A DNA stretch of 64,000 bases, taken from assembly GCA_047967505.1 (NCBI GenBank), contig CM106538.1. One strand, written 5' to 3'. Made by a program: the position numbers and the translations under genes. Shown here one piece after another: positions 34,790 through 47,284 of the stretch (positions within the stretch are counted from its first letter, which is position 1; every line of letters begins with the position of its first letter). Under the pieces are notes generated by a model, which did no database searches, was not told where the DNA came from, and saw nothing but the letters and a program-made list of their open reading frames with translations. Source of the DNA: Dipteris shenzhenensis (Eukaryota).

Positions 34790-37630
34790 CTGTGATCGCC
34801 CCTATTTCTCCCCGCTCCTCTCCCACCCGGATCCCTCTCCCTCCCCACTCCCTCTCCCGAGCTCCCCCACCCTTTCCTTCCCGCCTCGCCCCTCCTGCTA
34901 TGGTCATCCTCACCACCCGCCCCCCTCCCTTTGCCTCCCCCCCTCTCTCCGCCCCCCCTCCCCCCTTTGTAGCAACTTCTTCAGCCTCTTCCCCCTCCCA
35001 CTCCCCTATCGGACCTACCTTGGCTCCCCTGCCAGTAGGCAAGAGCACGACCGTGTCCCCTTCCGTTTCCTCGTCTTAGGATCTTGTCCCCCCTTCCCCT
35101 CTTTCTCAGCCCTCCCATTCAGGGTGGGATTCAGAGGGAAGGGGCTCATCCTCTTGGTCAGTAGCTCTCAAACTCCAGCTTGGGCATCCTCTTCTAAGGG
35201 ACTTCTGGAAATTGGGGCCTTGGAATTACCTAGTTATGTCAGACTCTTATTCTCGACCATTGGAGGTGATGCTTATGATCTTGCAGCCTTGGAAAGGGGG
35301 TTCGATCAGCATAGTGAGCTCCCAAACGCATCCAATTTGGCGATTCTTTGGCAAACGATACCTGATCCTTTGGCAGGAGTTGCAGAGGGCAGTGATAGGG
35401 CAAGTAGTGGCACCACCTTTCGAGGAGAGGCTCGGAGGTGTAGTCTCTTGTCGTAGGACGGAGTGAAGGGGTCTGCATTTCGGTCTCCCATGCGGTAGCC
35501 CCAGAGGTCTACGATCAGGGTGAGCTTATCCTAGGGCGGGCAGTTTGGATGGGCATCAAGATGGGAGAGTCCAAGATTGGGATCTTGAATATGTATGCCC
35601 CAGTGTGTAGACAGGACCGTCCGACCTTTTGGAGGAGACTGACAAAGTGTCTTTCAGATGTTGACTCTTGGATCGTTGGAGGACTCTTCTCGTTCGGCCA
35701 GAGGAGACATGATGAATTGCTTGAGAGGCTGGATCGCTTCTACGTTGAGGAGTGGCCACTCCGCATAGGCAGCTCTACAAGGATTCTAGTAGGCACCACA
35801 ATGTCAGACCACTCTCTAGCAGTACTCTACCTAGAGTAGCCCCACCGTGGTCTTTCCCAAAAGGGGGTCCGCATTCCAGAGGACCTGTAGGATGAGGAGA
35901 TTCAACAGGTTATTGTAGAGATTTGGCAGCAACCAGAGTTAGTCCTTGCGAGGGCTGGGCTTCTTGGGTGGTAGATGCGATTCAGAAGCAGTGAGGAGTT
36001 GCAGTCCCATGCCCTTGGATGGAGGATGGGTCTTCAGGAGCGCGAGCGTGCACTACACGAGACCTCGCCTCCATAGATAAGCTCAGGGAACATGACCCAG
36101 GATCCCAGTGGCTTAGTGAAAGATATGAGAGTGCGCGCCTTGAGCTCCAAGACACGGAGGTTTGGCGGGCTGCATTTTCCTACCATTCTACCCAGGCCCG
36201 TTGCGTACAGTAGGGGGATAGGATGACAAAGCAGTATTTTCAGACCAGTGGACCTCGATCAACATGCACCCAGTTATAGCAATTACGGGATCTATATGGC
36301 CTTATGCACATTGATCCACACGAGATTCTAGAGCTGACCACAAATTTCTAGAGCCAGCTCTTTCAGGCGGAGAGGATCTCCAACTTGCCTTGTGGCCTGT
36401 GAGTTAGTTTGGGACCGGGTTCTGACAATAGTCTTGCAGGAGTTTGTGCAGGAGACTAGAGGAGCCTTTCATGGATGAGGAGCTCTGGGAAGCCCTCAAG
36501 GCCCTGCCGATCCAGAAGTGTCTTGGCGAAGATGTCTTGACTCTAGCCTTCTTCTAGAACTTCTGGGAGGAGATTTCCACCCCTTTCTGCTCAACTTGCC
36601 TAGAGATCTTCGACACGGGCTCTCTTCCTTAGTCCCTAAGCAGGGGGTGGATTTGGTTGATCCCGAAAGGGGGAGATAGGTCAAACATTTGGCAGTGGAG
36701 ACCGATCACCCTGCTTGACACCGCATACAAGATTCTCGCTAAGGTCTTGAGTTTACGGTTGCGGCCTCATCTCACTGACATCATCCATGACACTCAGACA
36801 CTGCTTTTGGCCATCATTCTCTTGGATTTCGAGAAGGCTTACGATAGGGTGGAGCGGTCTTTCCTGGAGGACACTATGCAGTGTTTGGGTTTCTCAAACA
36901 GATGGGTTAGAGGAGTCTCTACGCTTATGCGAGGAGCTCTAGTCAAATGCTTATCGGTGGACACATGGGCGAGGCATGTTCTCTCTCTCGCTCAGTCCGC
37001 TAGCTCCCTTTCTTTTCCTTTCTGTGGCGGAGGCATTGGGCTACTACTTGAGATCCCAGGTGGCGGGCCCCACAAGGTTAAAGCTCCCAATCAGACAGGA
37101 GGAGCTGTTAGACTCGGAGTTTGCAAATGACACAACCTTGTATGTAGAGGGCACCCTAGTAAGCTTGGAGAGAGTCGAGGGAGCCCTGGCTATTTATTGT
37201 GAGGCCTTGAATGCATGGATCAATTGGATAAAATTCATCGGTTTCTTCATAGGCTCTGAAGAGACACAGGAGATTCGAGCGTCGGGGAGTGCCTTTGGCT
37301 TCCGTTGGATACCGCGAGGCCAGATAGCGAGATATCTCGGATGCCAGGTGGGCATTGATATTACAGCAGAGCAGCAGATCCGCCCCGGGTCCTCGATAGT
37401 GTTCAACATAAGCTTCTCTACTGGAGCTCAGCCAAACTCTCCCTAGCGGGCCATGCCTTAGTGGCAAACCAGGTCCTTCTTGCCACGGCCTTGCCTCCTG
37501 CTGGTGCTTTCACAGAGGGTACATTGGACAGCTCCAACGTTTGGTTCGGAATTTCCTTGGGGCAGGATTGGACGGTACAAGGAATACTAGAGCCCAAGTC
37601 ACTTGGCAGACGGTGATCATCCCTGTCCTC
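34790..37630 (+). mobile_element. Decayed L1-clade LINE (APE + RT remnants)
   Basis: ILNMYAP, ERLDRFY, MSDHSLAV; IPKGGDRSNIWQWRPITLLDTAYKILAK, LDFEKAYDRV, LAPFLF, EFANDT. Many deletions. Boundaries are approximate. Confidence 0.85.
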
Positions 37631-38149
37631 TCTAGAATATTGAAATTTACACTAGTGCTAACAACTAGCAACCAAAAAGTTATTAGGAATTTCTCCATTC
37701 CAAGGGATTTACAATTATACTTTTCTTTTCTTTAGAAATCTATCGCCCGTAGTTATGTACGGGGTGTCTGTGCGCAGGTGTGCATGCACGCAACAAAAAG
37801 ACAACTTCAACACACACAATCATAACAAGTTACAATATACAAATATACATAATAATAATATCTCTAATTTCAATTGAACAAAACTCTTATGGTTTCTCTA
37901 CCTCCCTTTTATTCAAGGCTCACAACTCTCAGTGAGCATGAGTCAAACAAGCCATTGTTCCCATTGAGGACTGTGTACTACTATGAAAAGAAGCATGAAG
38001 GAATCTTTTAACCTTAATACAATAGATAATTAAAAAATAAATTTGATCATAAGCATACATCATGAAATCCAAGTTTGACATATAGATATGCAAATTTATT
38101 CATTATGCCAATTCTTGTTCCTAGAACTGGCTTAATGAAATCGACAAAG

Positions 38150-38927
38150 GATAACAATACATATGGAAAATAGCCAAGGAGAAAACAAGGCATGTGCAAA
38201 AAGGTAAGTAATCATTTTTGGAAATGACATGCCTACTACTTGTTAGTCTCGCACTTGGCTTTTAGCCCCTGTACCAAAGATTCCCTAGGTAGTGAGCTGG
38301 GTTTCTCTAGAAAAGGCTGGTTTCTTCTTTCAGCCTTTATCAGTTTCTTCCATACTCAGCACCTTCGGGGCTGCTGTTTTGTTTGGAGTTTTTCAAGCAT
38401 TAATAGAAGGTTCCTTTCTTTGCAAAAAAAGACTCTTAAGAGGCATCATCATTGCAAGTGGACAATGCCCAATCAAAGTTGGCGGTAGTATTGGCACCGG
38501 AATGTGAAGAATCTGCAACAAACTGCCATTCCAGATTCTTTCTTTTTGTCCCCTGCAATCCTCTTTGGACACTCATGTGGTGACTTCGCTTTTTGCAATA
38601 ATGGCCCTTTTTCTTGGGGATCATTTTTTTCCTTTCCAGATGGCTGTCCTAGATCATTTTTTGGCAGAAACTATTAAACATTGACTTCCCTCACAGCAAA
38701 TGATTGCTCACCACGATGCATATCAATTGACATGTTTTTTCGTGTCTACTTCTCTTGGGATCTAACTTTGTTCTATTTGCTTTGCTCACATGTACGTAAG
38801 TGTCAGAACTGAAATCCTCAAATGAGAAATGATGGGTTTCTTACCGTAATATACCTCGCATGGAGTTTTCCCCTCAACTGACTTGGTTTTTCTTGTGTTG
38901 AGAATGTGAATTGCCACGTGGACTGCC
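38150..38927 (-). mobile_element. Copia integrase-region remnant
   Basis: Minus ORF 38786-39088 contains EAVHVAIHILN...KSVEGKTPCEVYYGKKPIISHLRI. The left boundary is uncertain. Confidence 0.55.
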
Positions 38928-41241
38928 TCACAGCCCCTCCGCCTCCCTAGCCCCTCCCCCTCCCTCAGCCCTTTCTGCTGTCGCACCAGCCCCCCCGCAC
39001 CCCCCTGTGCTATCGTGCCAACCCCCCTACTGTCACATCTCCTCTGCTGCCCGTCATCTCCCGTCCACCATCCTCTGCTGCACGTCATCTCCTCTGCTGT
39101 CGCTGCTGCAGTGCCTGCTGTTAGTGGGCAGGACTCTAGGCCTACCGCAGGCCTCTAGGCTTGGCCATAAAGCAGCTGAGTTGCTGCCTTAGGCCACGAG
39201 CAGCTGCGCCAGCTGTCCCAGCAGTAGCGAGCAGATGCGCCTGCTGCTCAGCTGCCCTCAAGCCTGCTGCTAGCCTTGGGCTAGTACTAGGTATCCCTGC
39301 AGCCCATTGGCCCTACTCGAGGCTCCCTCATGGCCTAGCTCCACAGCTCCGCATCAGCTACAGGCGACCTACAACACACCAAGATCAAGAAAGACCCACA
39401 ATCAAGGGGAAAAGGGGAGGGATCTTGTGCAAGAATGTAAGATCAATATTTCTCTACAAGGGGTTTTTTCTTCAAATCTACTTTGCACTATGCCTACACG
39501 AGGGTGTGTTGAGGACATTTGGGGAAAACAAGCCTTGGAATCTGCTCTGACAGCCCTCTCGAATGGGACAGCCCACAAAGGTACCACTGAAGTGCTCACA
39601 TGCCTCAACAAAATATGTCTCATGCTAATTGAAAAAATAGACAGCCTAGAGGCCACAAATGTGGCCTTATTGGCTGAAAAATCCCATGTTGACAAGACCC
39701 TTGCTGAGTTTAAAAAACAGGGAGGGAAAATACAAGAAGAATGGAGGAAAGAAAGGCCAAGAAAGAGGACTGGGAACAAGAAAAAACAGCATGGATTAAT
39801 GAGAAGGTAAAGCTCCAAGACAAGATGCATTTGTTGGGGTAAGTATGATCAAGGGCTTGCTCTATGGTGCATGTGTGCATCTAGGGGAGTCACATGTGTG
39901 TTTGTGTGTGTTGTAAAGGCACATCAAGTGCTATGATGTGTCTAGTGTGTGACCTAAGTGATGATGTAAGACAAAGGCAATCCCACTGATGTAGGGATTG
40001 ATTCCCACTGACGTAGGGGCTGATTGCCACTATGTAGGGAAGGTATTACCTTCTCCCCCTTTCTATAAAAGAGAGTCTTCTCTCTCACAATCAATATAGA
40101 GATTTCATTGTGCTCTCACACCTCTTGCAAGATGCATCTATTCTATCGTATGGGATCCTACAATTGGTATCAGAGCTTTAGGTTCTAGATCTAGCCTAGC
40201 CTAGCATTAGATGCTATCTCTAGCATAAACTACAAGTTTCTTCATCTTCTCCATTTTCGTCCTTCTTCCCAAAATCTTTGAGAGCTCTGTTCTCTGCCTA
40301 CAAACGACCATTGCCCAAACCCTCTGAGCTGCAAACTCCTCTTGTATGGGCGAACTTCCAGCTGCAAGCTTTTGGTGAAATTTCGACTGTATGTGAAATG
40401 CCAACACTCACACTCCCTGACGCCTTTTCTTGCAATGCGACTTGCTGGAGCAGCCATTCCAAAATTCCTCTGAGCCAAGCTTGCACAACAGTATGAGCTA
40501 GCTCCTGTCCAGATTTGAAGGGAAATGGTCCACCAGGGAGGGAGAAACAGCAAAAAAATCAGTCGACTTTCAAGCTGCTGGACGTGACGCGGCATTTCGC
40601 CTCTCCTTGCTGGTAGCCCTTCTCTGGTATAAGGCTCTTCTTCTTGCATAAAAATCCCCTTGAATAGAGCTATGAGCTGTGAGAATTGCACCCTCCAAGT
40701 TTTGGTCTCTGTTTTGGACAGTTTTGACAATGTTGTGAGTTTGATGCTACATTAGATGCTACTTTAGCATTTCTGATGTTTTAAAGTGTTGAATAGCTTC
40801 AGTACAACTATGGCTACAGCTTTGCTTTAAGTTGCTACACCTGGATTTGCTTGGAATGCTTTCATTTAGCCACCTCTATGAAGCATGCAAGTGAAAGCAT
40901 CATTTCCATTATGTTTTGTAGTATGGAATTTGGTTACAAGCCTTTGCTATTCTAAATGCTTGTATTTTGAAGCTCTTCAACTCTTTCTAGCCTTGTAAGA
41001 GAGTAGACATTGCCCATTTTGGGTTAGACCCTCTCATGGCTACCATCTTGAATATGGATAAGTTCAATGGTAAAGGCTTTCACACATGGCAGATGAAGAT
41101 TAAGTTTGCATTGATGAGGGAAAACCTCTGGGGGCTTGTCAAACCTGCTTCAACTACTTCTTCAACAGCCTCTAATGCTGGAGAATCCTCAGCTCCGACA
41201 CATCCGACAAGAGATCCTGCTAGAGAGGAGAAAGCTTAAGT

Positions 41242-44200
41242 TGTGGAAGGTGAGAGTAAGGGAGCACACCCACACACACAAGCAGGATAAGAAAACAAGA
41301 AGTGTGGGGATAAAAGGTACGTGTGTACCTCCCCTAGCACACAGTGAAGCTTTTATATGAAAGGATAAGGTTACAACACTAAGTACGGTGTACTTAGTGT
41401 ACTTAACAAATAAAGTACTAAGTGTACTAACTGTACTTGGGTGGCCATAGAGCCTTTACCCCAACAACCTCCCACTTAAAGGCAATATGCCCTCAAGTAA
41501 AAATAAATGAGGCTCAACCTATACCCATCAACTGTTGGCAATGTGCAAACCGCTCTGCAGGCAAGCCTTTTGTCAACAGATCTGCTGGATTATCATCTGT
41601 GTGAATCTTGACAAGCTGAATCAGCTTATCATCTATCACCTCCCTGATGAAGTGATACTTCACATCAATGTGCTTTGTCTTTGCATGAAAGACAGGATTG
41701 TGTGCCAACTGAATAGCACTCTGACTGTCACAATGCAACAGTGGAATATCTCCTGTAATGCCCAAATCTCCCACTAGCCGAGATAACCATAAGGCCTCTT
41801 TGCATGCCTCTGTGGCTGCAATATATTCAGCTTCCGTAGTAGACAAGGCTATGCACTGCTGCATCCTTGACATCCATGACACTGCACCTCCAGTGAATGT
41901 ATAAACATAACCGGTAGTAGACTTCTGGTTATCGGGATGACCAGCAAAATCTGAATCCACATAACCATGCACCTTTGCATCTCGCTTGCCAAAGCATATG
42001 CACAACTCCTGTGTGCCCCTCAGGTATCTCATGATACCTTTCACTGCATTCCAATGCTTCTTGCCTGGATTTGCCATATACCTGCTAACCACTCCCACTG
42101 CAAACGCAATATCAGGTCTGGTAGCAACCATGGCATACATGAGACTGCCACAAGCTGAAGCATACGGAATCTTGGCCATTTCAGCCCTATCAGCATCTGA
42201 GTGTGGGCTGTCCATTGCACTGAGTTTCACATACGGAGGCAATGGAGAACTAAGGGTTTTCCCCCCCTCCGTATGAAACCTGTGCAATACTTTGCCAATA
42301 TATTCGGTCTGAGACAAATACAACAAACGCTGTCCCCTGTCTCTCCGTATCCGCATTCCCAGTATGTGATTTGCATCACCAAGGTCCTTCATATCAAAGG
42401 CCTCATGCAATCTTTTCTTAAGGTCATCAAGCTCCTTACGAGCTTTACCAGCAATAAGCATGTCATCCACATATAAAATGAGAACGATTAAGCTGCCATT
42501 GGCAGCCCTTTTGGTATATAAGCAGTGATCGTCATCACTTCTCCTGAAACCTTGGGACTTCATGAAGGTATCAAATTTCTTATACCATTCCCTTGGTGCC
42601 TGTTTCAGCCCGTAAAGGCTCTTTTTAAGCTTGCATACAAGTGACTCCTTGCCCTTGACTGCAAATCCTTCTGGCTGCTGCATGTAGATCTCCTCATGAA
42701 GATCACCGTGAAGAAAGGCTGTCTTCACATCCATTTGGCATAATTCCAAATTCTCACATGCAACCAAAGCAAGTACAATCCTGAGTGTGGTCATCTTAAG
42801 CACTGGAGAAAAGATCTCATCAAAATCAACACCATACTCCTGCTTAAAGCCCTTGGCAACCAACCTGGCTTTATACCTTGGCTTAGCTCCAAGTGTGACT
42901 TTCAATCTATACACCTACTTGCATGGCAGTACTTTCATGCCCTTAGGCAACTGCACCAATTCCCAAGTACCATTTTTATGGAGACTGTCCATTTCAGACT
43001 TCATGGCTAGTTCCCATAGCCTTTTATCATGCATTTGCACGGCTTCCTTGTAACAGGAAGGTTCTCCACAATCTGTAAGCATAATAAAATCTGCTCCTGG
43101 AACAAATATGTCTGGCGGTTTCATTTGTCTAGTGGACCTTCGGACCCATTGGTCTTGCTGTCCAACTGGCTGCTCACCTAAAACAGGTTGCTGTTCTAGT
43201 AGATCAGGCTGCAGAATTATGCCTGGGAGGTCTTCCAAAGGTGGCATGTCCCGTAGTGCATCTTCCGCCACTGCGGGCTGTCCATTTGGACCTGCTGCAG
43301 CATCATGCATTGGCTGATTACGCTGCTGTTGTGGCTGATTTGCAGCCTGTCTGAATTGTACAGGATGTCCCGAGTCATCAATGTCAACCTCTGAAGCATT
43401 AGAAGGCTTATCTGCTGCCTTAAACATACATGACTCATCAAATAAGACATCATTGCTGCGTATTAGCTTCTTATTCACAGGATCCCATAGGCGGTAACCC
43501 ATCTCACCACTGTCACCATATCCAAGAAAAATGCATTTAAGAGATTTAGGATCAAGCTTGCTGCGATTTTCTCTGCGTATATGCACGTACTCAGTGCAGC
43601 CAAAGACCCTCAAGTGCTTATAGGAAGGAGGTTTTCCTGTCCAAAGCTCCTCTGGCACTCTGCCATCTAGTCTTTTATTTGGTGACCTATTGATGAGGTG
43701 TATTGCCGTTTTTACAGCTTCAGCCCAAAATCCATGAGGTAAAGCAGCATGTGACATCATAGAGCGAGACTTTTCCTGTATGGTTCTATTCATACGCTCT
43801 GCAGTGCCATTTTGCACTGGACTGTAAGGAGCAGTGAGTTCTCTTTTAATACCTCTAGCATCACAAAATGCATTGAATGCATTAGACATATACTCCTCAC
43901 CGTTATCTGACCGCAAAGCTTTCAGTGTTCTGCCTGTTTGGTTCTCAACCATAGCAAGCCATTTCTGGAACACTGGAAAGACATCACTCTTCAATCGAAG
44001 AGGATATAACCACACCTTCCTTGTGGAATCATCTATAAATGTGACAAAGTACCGTGCACCTCCAAGTGAAGGACTAGGCATCTCACACACATCTGTATGC
44101 ACAAGCTCAAGTTGAGCATCTTTATGTCCTAATCTCCTTTTATGAGGACACTGTAACTGTCTACCATATATGCAGTGCTCACAAAACTTTAAATCAGAAA

Positions 44201-47200
44201 ATTTAAGAGACGGTAAGTAGCCAAGGCGAGCCAATTGCTCCATTCCACTTATGCTCATATGTCCCATCCGGCTATGCCACATAGAAATATTCGGCAGCTC
44301 GGTGGCATGAATATCAGCATGATTACATACTTTAGCATGAAGAGTATACATTGTGTCAACCTTAGAGCCTCTGGCAACAACCAGGGCACCTTTGGTGACC
44401 TTCCAGAAACCATGACCAAAGCTGGTCACAAAACCTTCGTCATCCAACATGCCAAGTAGAAATCAGATTTTTCTTGACTTCGGGTACATGCCTAACATTG
44501 TGAAGCATAAGCTGAGTACCATCAGCAAATACAAGCCTGACATCTCCAATACCAACAATACTGCATGCATGATTATCCCCTAGAAAAACGACTCCATTAC
44601 TGCCTGCTGCATATCTTACAAACAATTCTCTGTAAGGTGTAACATGGAATGAGGCACCTGAGTCAATGATCCAAGAGTGCATGTCTGCAAAATCTCCTGC
44701 ATGGAGAGAATGAGCATCCAAAGTAGAGAGAAATAGAACCTCTCCCTCACTGTCATAACCGTGTGTAGAATGAAGCTCTTCAATCTTCACACTGCTCTTG
44801 CCATTGCTTACTGGTACAATTGCTTTTGCATCTGACGCATCAGTATTTTTGGCTTTGTCTCTCTTATTATTTTTCAGTTTAAAGCACTCTTTTTAGTATG
44901 TCCCTTTTTGCCACAGTAGTAGCACTCAACATCTTTGTTGGAGCGGGACTTGCTCCTCCCTTTTCCCCTTTCCTGAGATTTGCCTCTTTGCTGACTTCTC
45001 CCCCTTGCATTTAAGGCATTGTTAGGCTTTATTGCATCTTGAGCTTTCAGCTTCTGCTCTTCTTGCAAAATCAGCCCTGTGATATCTGAAAAACTTATGA
45101 AAGTGTTTGCATTTGTTACAGTTGTGGTGAATGTATCCCAACTTTCAGGAAGAGAAATCAAGAGTGCCATACCCTTGGTTTCCTCATCCACCACATATTT
45201 TTTATTTGCAAGTTGGGTGACAATTGAATTAAACTCATTGCGATGTGCATCCATGGAGGTCCCTTCCTTCATCTTCAGATTGAAGAACTTGCGCAGCCAA
45301 TATATCTTTGTGGCTACACTCTGCTGCTCATATGTGTCCTGTAGCTTTTTCCACACACCCCAGGCTGTTTTTTCACCATCCACATTCCAAACAACACTCT
45401 CATGGAGTGACAATTCAATTATGGACTTTGCTGACAGATCAGCTAGTGCCCAAGCATCATTAGATGTGCCAGTGGGCTTCACACCTTTGTGTATAATAGG
45501 AGCATGAAACTGCCTGAGAATTAGCACATTCAGGACCATCTTTTTCCACATTGGGTAGTTAGCAGCACCCTGCAACTTTTTAATATTGAGAAGAGAAGAT
45601 TCCGAGGATGAAGCCATTACAATCAGTAAGAAATATAACCCACACTTGGGTGCCTGACTCCCTGCAAACTAAGTGCACAGATGCACTTGTAGTTGTGCTC
45701 AAAAGTTAATTCCTGCAATTTTCTCCCACTTAACAGTAAATACTGTCTGTTTCCTGCCGGCTGCAGATCCAGAAAAGCAATACTTAATGCATTAATTGAG
45801 GCTCTGTAGTACAGTACAGCAGTACCTTGATTTGACACAATGTATGTCCCTGCTGTAACAGTGAAAACAGCACTGTTTTATGCACTTTAAACTTCAGTAA
45901 AGTGACTGTTTACAGTCCAAAAAATTGATTCCGGACAGTACCCGACTGTACTTTCTAGTACAGCAACAGAAATTGACTGTATAACTGTCCAAAACTGTCA
46001 GAATTAGACTTTCTCTTGCCTCTATAACTGTGTTACACAGTTTAGAACTTGAATGAGGCAAAAGCCCCTTGACTAGAAGCCAATTTTGAAGATTTTAGTG
46101 CATACACAGCTTTCCCAAAGCTCCAATGATCACATAAAGCATCTAGGTGTTTCCCCCAACACTGATATGCATAACAATGTCAAAAGCCCCAAATTTGACT
46201 AAAGTCAAACTTGGTCAAAATTGACCAAATCTGTAACAAATGTGAATGTACTTCCAGCAACAAATTACAGCATTTGTTCCACGCACAATAGCATCAAAAG
46301 CCCCTTGAATTGACAGCACATTCCGTGCATTAACACAGTAAATGGCACCAATCTGCTATTGCTCATAAGGCATGTGACTGCACGTCCATTGACTTGCATC
46401 CAGTAGCATATGCTGCATGTGTCTACACAGATCTGACCAATGCATACATAGTGCCAACACTATGTACAATCACAGGCCAAGTGATAAGACCTGTCTCGAA
46501 ATCAGGGCGAAGACCCTTGGCGGGAGGTGGGAAATGTCCGTTTGCTTCGCAAGATCAGGTAGGAGACAAAGATGGCAGAGCTGCAGGCGCATGTGGCGCT
46601 GATGGCGGTGCTGGTGGCCTAGGCCCTGGCTGGCGCCGCCTGGCTTGCTGCTGGTGGCGCCGATGGCGTCGCTGGTGGCCTTGGCCCTGGTTGGCGCCGC
46701 GTCGTTGGTGGCCTGCTGGCTGCTGGCGTCGGTGGCCTTGACGCTGGCGTCGCCGGTGGCCTTGGCCCTGGCGACGAATGACCTCAAAGGCTGCTAGCGT
46801 AGCGCGGCGCTTTCTTGCAGGCTGTCGCTGCTGTCGCCGCTGCCTAGCGATGGCTGGCCGCTGCCTAGCGATGGCTGTTGGTGCTGCCTAGCGATGGCTG
46901 TTGGTGCTCCTTGGATGCTGGTAAGACCCACGTTTGGGCACACCCACGAATAGGCTCTGATACCAGTTGTGGAAGGTGAGAGTAGGGAGCACACCCACAC
47001 ACACAAGCAGGATAAGAAAACAAGAAGTGTGGGGATAAAAGGTATGTGTGTATGTGTGTACCTCCCCTAGCACACAGTGTGGAAGGTGAGAGTAGGGAGC
47101 ACACCCACACACACAAGCAGGATAAGAAAACAAGAAGTGTGGGGATAAAAGGTATGTGTGTACCTCCCCTAGCACACAAAGGATAAGGTTACAACACTAA

Positions 47201-47284
47201 GTACGGTGTACTTAGTGTACTTAACAAATAAAGTACTAAGTGTACTAACTGTACTTGGGTGGCCATAGAGCCTTTACCCCAACA
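41242..47284 (-). mobile_element. Full-length Ty1/Copia element (gag-pol with few disruptions) nested in the TR-GAG gag
   Basis: LTRs at 41242-41466 and 46968-47284. PBS reverse complement GCTCTGATACCA at 46954-46965. PPT at 41467-41478. TSD GCTTA/GCCTA. ORFs 45617-41514: CYYCGKKGH, WIIDSGAS, LVHTDVC, RSDNGEEY, LYVDDML, RNase H TTEAEY. Confidence 0.95.
41514..45617 (-). pseudogene. Copia gag-pol polyprotein, interrupted near 44874, 44445 and 42915
   Basis: Consecutive ORFs 44874-45617, 44440-44790, 42915-44450 and 41514-42914 follow the order gag-PR-INT-RT-RH. Confidence 0.9.

Larger units (their letters stand above)
17225..34790 (+). mobile_element. Decayed Ty1/Copia element, 3'-truncated, interrupted by the 12.5-kb MULE
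   Basis: Putative 5' LTR 17225-17422 (TGTAG...CTACA) is followed by PBS-like CGGTATTAGAGC. Gag starts ~18527 (DDKLDGTN) and resumes at 31135 (KHILVARNFWNIVSG). Protease WYFDNGAS, integrase VHSDICGP/FWLDAV, RT KARLVAKGY/LYVDDML. Many stops and frameshifts. Confidence 0.88.
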
